A DNA stretch of 62,201 bases, filler included. It is 17 parts of 17 records of this genome, joined end to end, with 100 filler letters (N's around TTAATTAATTAA, not from the genome) between each part and the next. Parts side by side here need not be neighbours in the genome. Positions count along the whole stretch, not along the records: positions 11,653 to 13,762 come from SRR16133337_46537; positions 13,863 to 16,112 come from SRR16133337_46558; positions 16,213 to 25,189 come from SRR16133337_46589; 14 more parts are not named here. One strand, written 5' to 3'. A program made the translations under genes and the position numbers. A model generated the notes under the pieces. That model was not told where the DNA came from and ran no database searches. It saw nothing but the letters and a program-made list of their open reading frames with translations. Below, one piece after another: positions 11,712 through 23,386 of this stretch. The stretch's first letter is position 1; every line of letters starts with the position of its first letter.

Positions 11712-13022
11712 CGTGTAATCGGAGTCTTCTGGGTCTTCACCAGTCAAAATCAATTCCATTTTCTCCTTCACTTTCTCTTTCTTCGATTTTGGTGGTGTGA
11801 GTGTCTTCGATTTTGGTGGTGTTAGTGTCTTCGATTTTGGTGGTGTGAGTGTCTTCTTTTTCTTTTTCATCTTCTTTGGGGACGAAGGCGAAGAAGACTT
11901 GCTTTTTGGTCTTGGTTTTGGAGATTTCGAAGGCTTTCTTGAAGAGGAGGAGGTGCCTTTGGATTTTGACTTTTTTGTTCGTCTCGTAGGTTTCTTTTTT
12001 GTTTTCGATTTGGCTTTCTTTTTCCTCCTTGTTCTTGTTTTCGTCTGTATTTTAACCTCTAGATCTTCCTCCTCTAAATATAAAACAAACGTGAACGTCT
12101 TCAATTTGCAAAAAAGAAACATCGCAAAACTTAACACAGTAAGAATCACCCATTATGCACGCGCCACAACCACCGCACTCTGCCTCAAACCATACACACA
12201 CATCCTCATACACACATACACCGTCCAGACCCCACACCTCACACCCACTCCACTCGTCACGCTACCTTCCTCTCTAAGCGTTGTTTCAGCGATTTTCGAA
12301 TTAAATATTGGGGCTTTGAAAAAAACAAAAGGTGCTTACACTGTTTTTTTTCAAAAAATGATTTTTGTCGAAGGTGTGTGAACGAATTCTTACGGGATCA
12401 AGTGCTGTATTTTGAAGAGATGAGGGGGAGAAAATTGTGTTTGTTCAACGTTAGGAAACGCATGTTCGTCAACAAAAATCTTGGTCTCGCTCAGTCAGAA
12501 TTGAACGATTATCTTGAAATTTAATCTTATTGTTGAAATCTCGATAGTGTGAACCCCCAAACCTTTTATGAAAAAGAGCGAAATTCACGGCGGAGGTGTG
12601 TGCTGGTGTACCAATACTTGACAAAATTTTGGGTTTGCCAGTTTTTTTATGGAAGGAATACACCAAAATACTCAATCATTTAAGTGTATATAGAGTGGAT
12701 TGTAGTAGGTTTCCCCGTCAGACTTACCACTTGTTGTTGGCATAAGGTCACTAGCTTCTTCCTCATCGCTATACGGTTCACTGTCTATTTGCTTAAAATC
12801 TTCGTCAACACCATCGTCTTCAACTTTTGTGATGAAATCTTCATCATCTGAGTCATCGTCTGAGTTATCACTATCTTTGGGGTGCTCGGGTGCATTTTCA
12901 GCATCACTTTCTTTCAGCCGATCGAGTGATGTTGGCATACCATCGTCTTCTTCAATGGCATTGTCGTCATTTGAGAATCCAATAAATTGGCCAACTTTCA
13001 CATCTTGATCAGATTTCCATTC
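11712..13022 (-). CDS. Eukaryotic low-complexity protein (acidic block then K/S/P-rich basic block), partial; exons 12728-13022, 11712-12073
   Basis: ttag|GAA...G|gtaagt and ttag|AG...ACG|gtaaaa give a phase-1 in-frame join; D/E-rich stretch followed by KKK/SPKK/TPPK. Confidence 0.6.
11781..11852. repeat. 24-bp coding tandem repeat x3 (KTLTPPKS on - strand)
   Basis: cttcgattttggtggtgtgagtgt x3 with one synonymous mismatch. Confidence 0.9.
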
Positions 13023-13951
13023 CTAACAAAAATGTAATGAAAATTGCTTTTAATCTTTGTTTGTATAATATAAATGAGCAAATTGGTGAGATTTTTTGAG
13101 GTGTTTTGCTGAAATTGATAATATGATTTAATTTTGCAAACAAAACGCTAACAACTCGCCCGGCACGCACACTACAAACCAACCATGCACACTTACCGTA
13201 AAACTAACGACAAGAAAAAAAAAACTTTAGATAAATTCGAGTGTGGCCAACTTCAAATTTTGTCGTTTTACGACTGTACCTTAAATGCTTTGCCTTTTAT
13301 CCAGGCACAATTTTCTTTAAATAAAGAAAATTGATGTTGCTTATTTGTATCCGTTAAGTTTTTCTTCAACAATATTTTTTAAAGTCCCAAAGTACTTTAC
13401 AGAATAAGAAAAGCAATCCTCGGATCTAAAAATAAGCCCTAAAGCCTTGGTCTGTAACATCAGATCTGTGGCAAATAGCTTTGAGATTAATTCATTTTAG
13501 AGTAAGGAATAAATTTACATCGATATTAGATAGTTGCTACAATTGGGTGCACTATTTGAAGAAGAAGAATCGGCACCCGAGGGCATTATAATCGATTTTT
13601 TGTAAAGCAGTTAATGGAAAGAGGACGAATTATCACAAACATTAATTAATTATTTTTTAATTTTTTGCGGATGTGTTTGGGTTGCAACAATGAGAAATTG
13701 GGTGACAACAAGTGTTGTTTCAGCAAGATGGAAAAAATTTTATTTGGAGATTCAGGTAATTTNNNNNNNNNNNNNNNNNNNNNNNNNNNNNNNNNNNNNN
13801 NNNNNNTTAATTAATTAANNNNNNNNNNNNNNNNNNNNNNNNNNNNNNNNNNNNNNNNNNNNTAGTTGAAAAATTGAAAATTGCGAAAAAATTCAATCCA
13901 AAAACAAATCGGCAATTATCTTAATCACAATTAATGTTTTTAGTCATTTAC

Positions 13952-14131
13952 CTGTTCAGCTGCCTGCCGTAGAGCGGCATAGTCAATTTTTGGGATAAAT
14001 CGAAGAACAAATTCTTCCCTGAATTCTGCATCTTCATCTTGATGAACTTTTGTAGCCTTAATACCTAATGGGAAATTGTCTGAGCAGCCCTTGCGGACAC
14101 AAATGAGTTGGTTATGAGTCATCAATCGCAT
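13952..14131 (-). CDS. TRM112: Multifunctional methyltransferase subunit TRM112, exon 1
   Basis: MRLMTHNQLICVRKGC..FPLGIKA...EFREEFVLRFIPKIDYAALRQAAEQ then cag|gtaaat; matches eukaryotic M(K/R)LLTHN.L...FPL...F..R.IPK. Confidence 0.85.
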
Positions 14132-15402
14132 TGTTCTTTTTGTTGTTGTGAAACAATGAGACTTATTATTGAAAATTGAATACGATTGAAGCTTGCAAAT
14201 CGATTTCACCTAGAAAAAAAAGCAAAAAATATGTCAGGAAATTACAAAAAAGTACATTTTTTTCACAAGGGGGGAAAAAGTTGTGCTCAAACTTTTCCAT
14301 CGAAATATTTTGGAATGTGAATAAGATATGTTCGCTTGCTTTCACATATGTTCAAATTTCCACATAGTAAAGAGGTATCGAATTTCACGAAAACATGCAA
14401 AGGAAGAAAACGAAGTTCCGTTGTAAAAATTATTGATAGAAATGAATTTGGGAAGTAAGACGAGATCGGTGGATGGACTATCAAAAGTCAAAATACATTT
14501 GGAGGTGAAGATTTTCAGATACTCGAGGTTACAGGGGCTAACGGAGTGAGAATCCATCCACATGAAATCGATAGTCAGAGCGTGAAATGTACATTTTGAA
14601 ACTTTTGCCAAGCGACAGAGAGGTGTTTTGGTTTGTACCGATCTAATTCCAACACGAAAAGTTTCAAATGTGGGGTCGATTTCTTAAGTGCTTTTTGCCT
14701 GCTCATTCTTAAAAATTTCCGTGTTAATTTAAATAGACTTGCAAATACGCGCATTTAGATGAAAAACAGCGTATTATGAATTGCCAAGGTTTTCAGAAAA
14801 ATTATTTTTTTGGTAAGCAATTCATCCCCTTCACACCCTTTCCCATCGGCCCAGATTCCACAAGGCTTTTCGACCTTTGTTAAATTTACATTCATACACA
14901 ATAGTGGAAAAATTAAAACTGTTTTTCCTTGTTGGACATGGAACTTTTTCATATTTTAATTGGATAAAGGATGACAAAACAAACAGCGTCTGTGAAAAAA
15001 GTTAAATGTGAAAAGGTGTTTGCTTGGTGAGGAAATAGACGGAACGGCAAAGAACAACGAAACATTCATGCGAAAAGGCTTTTGGAATAAAATTAAAAAG
15101 AGGAAAATCGCGAAATTTCGCGTCACTCTCTAAAAATTCTCTATGCTAGATGAGGACATCGTACCTTAAAAATAAGCCGCGTTGTGCCTTCTGCTGAAAA
15201 AACCTAAACCTAATGCGAGTTATCGAAGCTGTTTTTTTCTTGGAAAAAAAATGCATGGTTTTTTAATTCGAATTCCGTTGTTTTCAAATAACCAACTAAG
15301 AGTAAATTGATGTTTTGAACAGAAAATGAGGCACTTTTGAAATTACAAATGAATTTACACGTAATGCTTATAAAATTTATACATCTGTATGTAAAAATCA
15401 CT

Positions 15403-15563
15403 CTACTTGTGTAAAGTGCCATCTGTACCCCAAAGAGAAGTTATTGCTGCAACACCACATCCACCACTTTCTAACACGTCGTTACAATGTTCTGGCCCAA
15501 GTCCACCAAGTCCATAGATTGGAATCTTACATTTAGAAACAAAATTTGCAAAGTTGTCCCATC
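15403..15563 (-). CDS. Terminal exon of a thiamine-phosphate-synthase (ThiE/TenI)-like domain protein
   Basis: ttttttgtag| then (G)WDNFANFVSKCKIPIYGLGGLGPEHCNDVLESGGCGVAAITSLWGTDGTLHK*; P.Y.LGG and G..G.A.I..LW motifs; absent from the ORF track. Confidence 0.72.
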
Positions 15564-16212
15564 CTACAAAAAAACAAAACAAATAAATCCTGTGTTTTCA
15601 AGAAGATAAGTTTTTAGAAATATTTTTTTATTCAAAACAACCCAAGCTTAAAACATCCTTGTTTGTTGTGTTGAAATACTGAAATTAAATTGTACAATTT
15701 TTGGACAAGTGAGATCACGCTACGTACCAGCATTTTGTTGCTTTTGGGGAACCATTTGAAAAGTTTAGTTCGTTGCCAACTAAAATGTTTATGTGATGTA
15801 ATTTTCACAAATATAAACAATTTGACGAATAATGAAAATTAACTCCTGACGCATCGATTAATCGCGTTCTAAGAATATCTATTCTGAAATTAATTGTGCT
15901 TGATGAGAAACGAATAACAGAAAAAACAAGTACAATTAATTAATTTCAGAAGTTAAGGTTTGTAAAAAAAAGCTTTGAGAGCTCAAAAACCAACTTCCCT
16001 AAATTTGGAAAATTGTTCTTTTCACGCGTTGAGCTAAAAAATATCTAGGATAGCAAAAAGCGATTTCAATTAGTGTCGTTTGCATTTAAAAATTCTATTA
16101 CAAAAAATACTANNNNNNNNNNNNNNNNNNNNNNNNNNNNNNNNNNNNNNNNNNNNTTAATTAATTAANNNNNNNNNNNNNNNNNNNNNNNNNNNNNNNN
16201 NNNNNNNNNNNN

Positions 16213-17832
16213 ATTAATGCGTTTAAAATTTTCTACAGTTCCTGTTTTACCGCAAATTTCGATATTTTTTAGACGTACCTGTTTTCCAGTGCCTATTTTA
16301 AATACATCGTGCATTCCTTCAATAATAGGGTCAAAATGTTTTTTATCAATGGTCGTTTGATGTGGTTTGGTGTAGGTTGAATCGATGACGGCAATTCCAT
16401 GAATTCCTTTTAAAAGATGAGGTGTATAATAAAAACCCCTATTGGCAATCGTGGCCGTCATATTTGCCAGTTGAATCGGTGTTGTTAATATTTGACCTTG
16501 ACCAATGGCATTGGAAATTGTATAAGTAGCTCTCCAACGACCTTCTGGATACCAATGGTTATACAAAGTAGCGTCAGGAATTAACCCTTTTTGTCCTTGG
16601 GGTAAATCATATCCCAAGTATTGACCCAGTCCAAAACTACGTACATGTTTGCTCCATACATTCATCCCTTCCGATGCGGTTGGGTATTTTTCTATAATTC
16701 TACGATATACATTTGCGAAATAGCTATTACAAGATTTGGCAATACCTCTTCTTAGTTGGATGGGAGAATTTACAATTCCACAATGACAAGCCATAAATTC
16801 TTTTTCTTTAGCTCCATAACGATAGCCATGATGACAATAAAAAGAAGTTTCAGGAGTTATGATTTTTTCTTGAAGTCCTATCAGTCCTTGGATCATTTTA
16901 AACGAAGAACCAGGTGAATATTGAGCTAAAAGGCTTCTGTCGTACATCGGCTTGTGGATGCTGTCGTTAAAAAACAAAACGGCGTGTTTGGAACGTAAAC
17001 GACCTACCATCAAATTAGGGTCATAACTTGGCATGGTAATTAAGGCTAAGATTTCTCCTGTATGGGGTTCAAGGGCAACAATTCCTCCTCGTTTTCCTGT
17101 CATTAAAGCTTCTCCATATTGCTGTAATTCAGTATCGATAGATAAGATTAGATCTTTACCGGGTATTGGAATTGTATCGTATATTCCTTTTTTAAAGGAA
17201 CCAATAATTTTGTTAAAACGGTCTCGTTGTAGGTACTTTACACCTTTTATACCCCGCAACAGAATTTCATATTGTTTTTCTATACCTGTAGTTCCAATGA
17301 GTTCGCCCGATTGGTAGTATGGATTTTTACGTGCCGTTTCATCATTTACTTCATTTACATAACCCAAAACATTGGCCGCTGAATTAAAAGGATAGTAGCG
17401 TAAGGATTTTTTATCGATATAAAAACCTTTGTATTTATACATTTTTTCTTGTAAATATGCATAATCTTCTTTAGAAAGATGTGCTAAGAAAACAGAGGGC
17501 AATCTAGGAGACCATTTTTTTGCTTTGCGATAGCGTTTTAAAAAAGAGGCTTTATCGATATGTAAGAGTTTGCAAAACTCTAAAGTATCCAAGGCTTTTA
17601 CTTCTCTTGGAACTACCATAAGGTTGTAGGATTGTTTATTGGTAACCAACAAAGTGCCATTTCGATCAAAAATATAACCTCTTTCAGGATACTGGAAGAT
17701 TTTTTTAACCGGAGAACTTTGTAGGATTCTATTTTCTGTTGACGGATCAATAACTTGTAAAAAGAACAATTTACCGATAAAGATAAATGCCACAAGAAGG
17801 ATAAAAAAAGATAATAAATACCCTCGTTTCAC
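16213..17832 (-). CDS. mrdA: Penicillin-binding protein 2, 3'-truncated
   Basis: ERGYIFDRNG, SxxK (PGSSFK), SxN (KSCN), KTG (GKTGT); follows mreD. Confidence 0.95.
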
Positions 17833-17843
17833 AGATGTTTGTT

Positions 17844-18362
17844 TTAATAATTAGCCCTTTTCCTCTTTGTAAAAAGGAGGATGCTTAAAATACTTAAAAG
17901 GATTGTAAAAATACTAGTAGTTATGGATTTATAAAAGACCATTTCAAAATTCTTCCAACTAAAATAATCCAAACTAAATAGGATAAAATGGTGGATTAAA
18001 GTGAGGAGACTCATAAAGGTAGTAATCCTCAACAAGGATTCATTTTCGAGTTTAAAAAGGTCAAAGTCTAAGTCCGATCTGTTTAAAATTAATTTTAACG
18101 TGTACAAACGGATGTAAGCAATGCAAACTGTTGCTGCCGCATTGATTCCTCCTGAATTGGAAAAAAAATCCACACAAAGCCCTAGTAGAAAGCAAACCCC
18201 TATAAAATTACTGCGTTCCTTTTTTAGGGGGTATAAGAATACGAAAAGGATATACAAGTTGGGATTGATGGATCCCAAAAAATGTATATTGTTTAAGACC
18301 AATACTTGAAGAAGTAACAGAAGTATAAATCGAAAACCAAGTATCATTGTGCCTCTAGTCAT
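17844..18362 (-). CDS. mreD: Rod shape-determining protein MreD
   Basis: Hydrophobic 172 aa, LLGLCVDFFSNSGGINAAA; lies between mreC and mrdA. Confidence 0.9.
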   Translation of the reverse strand: MTRGTMILGFRFILLLLLQVLVLNNIHFLGSINPNLYILFVFLYPLKKERSNFIGVCFLLGLCVDFFSNSGGINAAATVCIAYIRLYTLKLILNRSDLDFDLFKLENESLLRITTFMSLLTLIHHFILFSLDYFSWKNFEMVFYKSITTSIFTILLSILSILLFTKRKRANY

Positions 18363-19164
18363 TGTTCTTTTCTAATTGTTCAATTTCTTCTTTATCGATG
18401 TTTTTAATCACCTGTACATAGCTCAAGTTACTCATGTCGTTCAACAACTGAATTTGAATGTTTTCGTATGTTTTGTTATTAGAATCAAATTTTTTGATGA
18501 TCCCAATTAGGATGCCCTCGGGAAATAAAGTTGATTTTCCACCGCTAACAATTGTATCTCCTATTTGAATAGAAGCTTGTCTTTGAATATCGTGTAATTG
18601 TACGGTCTCATACTCGTTTCCATCCCATGCTAAAGTTCCAAAATAATGACTGTTTTTTAAGCGAGCATTGACTTTTGAATGGCTATTTAAGATAGAAAGT
18701 ACCGTTGCATAGTTCTTGGAAATATTGTTGATAACTCCAATGATTCCCTTGCTGTTGATCACTCCCATATCAAGGCTCAATCCATCTGTAGTTCCCTTAT
18801 TTAGGGTTAAGATATTATTTCTTTTGTGATAACTGTTTTGGATCACTTTTGCAGTGATAAAGAGATTTTTTTGAAGCGTGGCATCTATTTCAAAAGAAAA
18901 GGGGACTTTGTTTTTTAGATCCAAAGCATTTCTTAAAGCGGTATTTTCTTCGGCAAGTTTTTGATTTTCAGTCTTTAAAGAAAGGTATTCGAAAAAAGAA
19001 CTGGAGATATTAAAAAAACCTCCTGTTATCTTGTTTGCAGAGTTGATAAATTGACTTTTATGAAAAGAATGGGATTGTATGGTTAATAAAAGTGCAAAAA
19101 TTTCCAGCACTAAAAAGAGCAGGAAATATCTGTATTTCTGAATAAAATAAATAATATGCTGCAT
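18355..19164 (-). CDS. mreC: Rod shape-determining protein MreC
   Basis: TM plus coiled coil, LNKGTTDG, GDTIVSGG..FPEGILIG; start moved to ATG 19164 because 19185 lies inside a REP-like hairpin. Confidence 0.93.
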   Translation of the reverse strand: MQHIIYFIQKYRYFLLFLVLEIFALLLTIQSHSFHKSQFINSANKITGGFFNISSSFFEYLSLKTENQKLAEENTALRNALDLKNKVPFSFEIDATLQKNLFITAKVIQNSYHKRNNILTLNKGTTDGLSLDMGVINSKGIIGVINNISKNYATVLSILNSHSKVNARLKNSHYFGTLAWDGNEYETVQLHDIQRQASIQIGDTIVSGGKSTLFPEGILIGIIKKFDSNNKTYENIQIQLLNDMSNLSYVQVIKNIDKEEIEQLEKNND

Positions 19165-19177
19165 TTCCGAGTTTAGA

Positions 19178-19214
19178 TACTCCATCCTATTCGGAAAGCT
19201 AATAGGATGGGGTA
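19178..19214. repeat. REP-like hairpin (member of the dispersed family)
   Basis: tactccatcctatt-9 nt loop-aataggatggggta; 14-bp stem with one G:T pair. Confidence 0.7.
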
Positions 19215-19263
19215 GAGTTATGAGATTTTCAGGTTTTCAGTTTTCAAACTTTTAACGGAATCT

Positions 19264-20292
19264 TTATTTCAACAATACGCTTTTGTAAAGGACAATGTTT
19301 TTCAAAGTGATTCCTGTACCTCTTACAACAGCTCTTAATGGATCTTCGGAAATATAGACGGGTAAGTCTGTTTTTTTAGAAAGACGTTTGTCCAACCCTC
19401 TTAACATAGAACCCCCTCCTGCTAAATAAATTCCAGTATTGTAAATATCGGCGGCCAATTCAGGAGGTGTTTTCGATAAGGTTTCCATTACAGCATCTTC
19501 AATACGCAAAATAGATTTGTCCAAAGCCTTGGCAATTTCTCTATAAGATATCTGTACCTGTTTAGGTTTACCGCTAAGTAAATCACGCCCTTGTACAAGC
19601 ATATCCTCTGGGGGTGAATCCAAATCTTCTGTAGCAGCTCCAATTTTAATTTTAATTTTTTCAGCAGTAGTTTCACCCACAAATAAGTTGTGTTGGGTAC
19701 GCATATAATACATAATGTCGTTGGTGAACAAATCCCCCGCAACTTTTACAGATTTATCACAAACAATCCCCGCCAACGCAATTACCGCAATTTCAGTGGT
19801 TCCTCCACCTATATCAATAATCATGTTTCCTTTAGGTTCCATAATATCGATCCCCACACCTATGGCCGCCGCCATGGGTTCATAAATTAAATAAATTTCT
19901 TTGGCATTCATGTGCATGGCAGAATCACGAACAGCTCGTTTTTCTACCTCTGTAATTCCAGAAGGAATGCAAATGACCATACGTAAAGCAGGTGGAAACC
20001 ATCTTTGTTTGATAGAAGGAATATTTCTAATAAATTCCTTAATCATTTCTTCAGAAGCTTGGAAGTCGGCAATAACTCCATCTTTTAAAGGGCGTATTGT
20101 TTTGATGTTTTCATGAGTTTTACCCTGCATCAGATTTGCTTTCTGACCTGTTGCAATAATTTTACCTGTAGTTCTATCTCTAGCTACAATTGAAGGAGCG
20201 TCAATAACAACTCTTCCATTGTGAATGATAAGTGTGTTTGCTGTTCCTAAATCAATAGCAACATCTTCAATCATGAAATCAAAAAACCCCAT
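19264..20292 (-). CDS. mreB: Actin-like cell-shape protein MreB
   Basis: AIDLGTANT, IRPLKDGVIADF, EPMAAAIG, DIGGGTT, LAGGG. Confidence 0.97.
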   Translation of the reverse strand: MGFFDFMIEDVAIDLGTANTLIIHNGRVVIDAPSIVARDRTTGKIIATGQKANLMQGKTHENIKTIRPLKDGVIADFQASEEMIKEFIRNIPSIKQRWFPPALRMVICIPSGITEVEKRAVRDSAMHMNAKEIYLIYEPMAAAIGVGIDIMEPKGNMIIDIGGGTTEIAVIALAGIVCDKSVKVAGDLFTNDIMYYMRTQHNLFVGETTAEKIKIKIGAATEDLDSPPEDMLVQGRDLLSGKPKQVQISYREIAKALDKSILRIEDAVMETLSKTPPELAADIYNTGIYLAGGGSMLRGLDKRLSKKTDLPVYISEDPLRAVVRGTGITLKNIVLYKSVLLK

Positions 20293-20368
20293 AGTTTTTT
20301 TGGTATATTTAATTAATTCGTAAGAACATACTCCATCTCATTTGGATTCTCCTTCAAATTTAGTAAAA

Positions 20369-21895
20369 TTAATGTTTAAAATGGCGTGTCCCTGTAAAAA
20401 CCATTCCAATATTATTTTCATTACAATAATCGATAGATAATTGGTCTTTTATAGAACCACCCGGTTGAATTACCGCTTTAATTCCTGCATTTCCTGCAAT
20501 TTCTACACAGTCAGGAAAAGGAAAGAAAGCATCACTTGCCATTACCGCTCCATTCAAATCAAAATGGAATGCTTTTGCTTTTGCAATTGCTTGCTCTAAA
20601 GCATCTACTCGAGAGGTTTGTCCTGTACCTCCAGCACATAACTGTTTGTTTTTAACTAAGATGATGGCATTTGATTTTGTGTGTTTGCCTATTTTTGATG
20701 CCAATAATAAATCCTTAATTTCAGCCTCTGTAACCACTTTGTCCGTTACATTTTTTAAACTTTCTTCGGTATCCGTTACTTTGTTAGGATTTTGTGCTAA
20801 AACTCCGTTTAATGCTGTTCTGTAATTTATATCAGGCAATTCAACTTCCTTTTGAAGCAAAAGAATTCTATTTTTCTTTCCTTTTAAGATTTGCAAAGCG
20901 GCTTTAGAATAGGAAGGAGCAATGACAACCTCGCAGAATAAACGGTGGATTTCTGTAGCGGTTGTTTTATCAATTTCTTTATTGGCAATTAAAACACCAC
21001 CAAAAGCAGAAGTTGGATCACCTGCCAAAGCATCTCTATAAGCTTGTGCTAGCGTATCTCTTTGTGCAAATCCACAGGCATTATTGTGTTTTAAGATGGC
21101 AAAAGTAGGGGCTTCCTCTTTGAACTCTTTGATTAAGTTTACCGCAGCATCTACATCTAACAGGTTGTTGAATGACAATTCTTTACCGTGTAATTGGTCA
21201 AATAATTCTTCTAAGTTACCATAGAAAAACCCTTTTTGATGTGGGTTTTCTCCATAACGTAATTGTTTTACCGTGTCAAAACTTTCTCTAAATACAGGGG
21301 TATTGTCGTTCATGTAATTGAAGATAGCCGTGTCGTAGGAACTTGAAATGGCAAAAGATTTTGCAGCAAAAGATTTGCGTTCTGCTAAAGTTGTAGCACC
21401 CTTACAATTTGTCATAATGTCTAAAAAGTTACCATACTGTTTCCTAGAAGAAATACAAACAACCTCCTTAAAGTTTTTAGCAGCCGCTCTAATTAAAGAA
21501 ATTCCACCAATGTCAATTTTTTCAATAATTTCTTCTTCGGAAGCACCACTAGCGACTGTTTTTTCAAAAGGATACAAATCCACAATCACGATGTCTATTT
21601 CTGGAATTTCAAATTCCTTTAATTGTACTTGGTCACTTTCATGATCACGTCTATTTAAAATACCTCCAAATACTTTTGGATGTAATGTTTTGACACGACC
21701 TCCTAAAATGGAAGGATACGAAGTTAAATCCTCTACACGAACCACGTCAATTCCTAGATTCTTGATAAAAGTTTCCGTACCTCCAGTTGTGTAAATCGTA
21801 ATGTTTAACTCGTTTAATTTCTTTACAATAGGTTCTAAATTCTCTTTGTAAAATACAGAAATTAAGGCAGATTTTGCTGTTTTGCTCGTGTCCAT
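20369..21895 (-). CDS. purH: Bifunctional AICAR transformylase / IMP cyclohydrolase
   Basis: GGRVKTLHP, IDIGGISLIRAAAKN, LRYGENPHQ, ASDAFFPF, TGTRHFKH. Confidence 0.97.
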   Translation of the reverse strand: MDTSKTAKSALISVFYKENLEPIVKKLNELNITIYTTGGTETFIKNLGIDVVRVEDLTSYPSILGGRVKTLHPKVFGGILNRRDHESDQVQLKEFEIPEIDIVIVDLYPFEKTVASGASEEEIIEKIDIGGISLIRAAAKNFKEVVCISSRKQYGNFLDIMTNCKGATTLAERKSFAAKSFAISSSYDTAIFNYMNDNTPVFRESFDTVKQLRYGENPHQKGFFYGNLEELFDQLHGKELSFNNLLDVDAAVNLIKEFKEEAPTFAILKHNNACGFAQRDTLAQAYRDALAGDPTSAFGGVLIANKEIDKTTATEIHRLFCEVVIAPSYSKAALQILKGKKNRILLLQKEVELPDINYRTALNGVLAQNPNKVTDTEESLKNVTDKVVTEAEIKDLLLASKIGKHTKSNAIILVKNKQLCAGGTGQTSRVDALEQAIAKAKAFHFDLNGAVMASDAFFPFPDCVEIAGNAGIKAVIQPGGSIKDQLSIDYCNENNIGMVFTGTRHFKH

Positions 21896-22184
21896 TTTAG
21901 GGCTTGTGAAATTTTGTTCGAAGTTACTAATTCTGAAAAGGTTTTACAACATTTATGTGCTACTAAAATTAATTATTTTAAAGGTGTTTGAAGTTCAAAA
22001 GTTTTTTGTAGGTTTAAATTTCTAAGCATCGTTTTGGGTTTTATACTCCGCTCCCTTAGAAACAAAAGAAGTGTGACTTTAACGTTGCTACTTTCTCCTT
22101 TTAAACCTCTCTGTACCTTTCCTAATTTCATTCAGAAAAAAAGAGTATTTTTGAATGGCATCAGGATCCTAATCTTTTTATGTT

Positions 22185-22742
22185 TTGAGTAAACGGAAAA
22201 ATATTCTTCTTTTTTTAGCAAAATTTTTCACTGCCTATTTTGTGTTGTTTGGAATGTATTCCTATTATTTGAATCGTACACAACAGAAAGCACCTAACTT
22301 TCAATGCTCTCCAATGACAAAGGCAGTTGCCGATCAAACAAAAAGGGTGCTTAATAAGTTGGGCTATGCTGTAACTACGGAGTCTCATAATCAAGAATTG
22401 TCCGTAAAATTATTAGTCAATAATGTGTATATTGCAAGAGTTGTTGAGGGGTGTAATTCTTTAAGTATTATCATTCTTTTTATTGCTTTTATCATTGCCT
22501 TTTCTGGACCCTTTAAAGTTACCATCTTGTATGCGGTTATAGGGAGTTTTATTATTTATACGGTCAATATAGTACGAATCGCTTTCTTGACGATTGCTTT
22601 GTATGAGTTTCCAGACCAACAAAAAATACTTCACAGCCTTGTTTTTCCTGCTATAATTTATGGTTTGGTGTTTTTGTTATGGATTCTTTGGGTAAATCTA
22701 TTTTCTAATTACAAAAAGATCAAAGATGAGAAGAAGGTATAA
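22185..22742 (+). CDS. xrtF: Exosortase family protein XrtF
   Basis: ARVVEGCN (Cys), NIVRI (Arg), LH..VFPAIIYG (His); paired with the downstream membrane protein. Confidence 0.88.
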   Translation: MSKRKNILLFLAKFFTAYFVLFGMYSYYLNRTQQKAPNFQCSPMTKAVADQTKRVLNKLGYAVTTESHNQELSVKLLVNNVYIARVVEGCNSLSIIILFIAFIIAFSGPFKVTILYAVIGSFIIYTVNIVRIAFLTIALYEFPDQQKILHSLVFPAIIYGLVFLLWILWVNLFSNYKKIKDEKKV

Positions 22743-23169
22743 ATACCCTGTACTTGTGATCTTATTTTTTGTATTGGTACTGATTCGTGCATTTGAAAGT
22801 ACTCTTTTTTATGATCCGTTTATTGTTTTTTTTCAAAATGATTATTTGTATACCTCTATTCCAGATTACGAAACACAAAAGTTGTTTTTAAATCTCTTTT
22901 ATAGATATGCTCTCAATACGATAATTTCTTTGGCAATTATTTATTTTGTCTTTGAGAAATGGAGAAATGTTCTATGGGTTGCCAAATTGTATGTGTATGG
23001 TTTTTTTGTATTGATTTCTGTGTATGCTTTTCTTTTGCATACGGAATTTGAGTACGGATATTTACTTCCATTTTATATCCGTCGTTTTATCATTCACCCT
23101 TTATTTTTATTATTGTTTTTGGTAGCTTTTTATTATGAAAAGTTATTAAATTCAAAGTTTTCTCTTTAG
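22726..23169 (+). CDS. Exosortase F system-associated membrane protein
   Basis: LIRAFE..LFYDPF, RY.LNT, FYIRRFIIHP; overlaps the xrtF stop. Confidence 0.85.
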   Translation: MRRRYKYPVLVILFFVLVLIRAFESTLFYDPFIVFFQNDYLYTSIPDYETQKLFLNLFYRYALNTIISLAIIYFVFEKWRNVLWVAKLYVYGFFVLISVYAFLLHTEFEYGYLLPFYIRRFIIHPLFLLLFLVAFYYEKLLNSKFSL

Positions 23170-23386
23170 AGTTCATCAACCATTACCCTTTGGCAAGTTC
23201 AGAACATAAGGTATACTCCATTTAGACGGAGTCTTTAAGTTTTTACATCAATTTATTTCAGGACGAGACAAAATAGGCGGTCCTAAAAAAGATTCCTTTT
23301 GTTCCTAAAGCCAAAAAATCCAATCCTTTTTTGTAAATTTGTACCATTCTTAAACCATTAAGAATAGCTTCCTAGAAGCACTTACA

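Noticed and set aside
11797-12381. 194-aa Phe-rich plus-strand ORF
   Set aside because: Antisense shadow of the Lys-rich minus-strand exon
22185-23169. XrtF pair as a novel system
   Set aside because: A known Flavobacteriaceae exosortase F gene pair in an ordinary context
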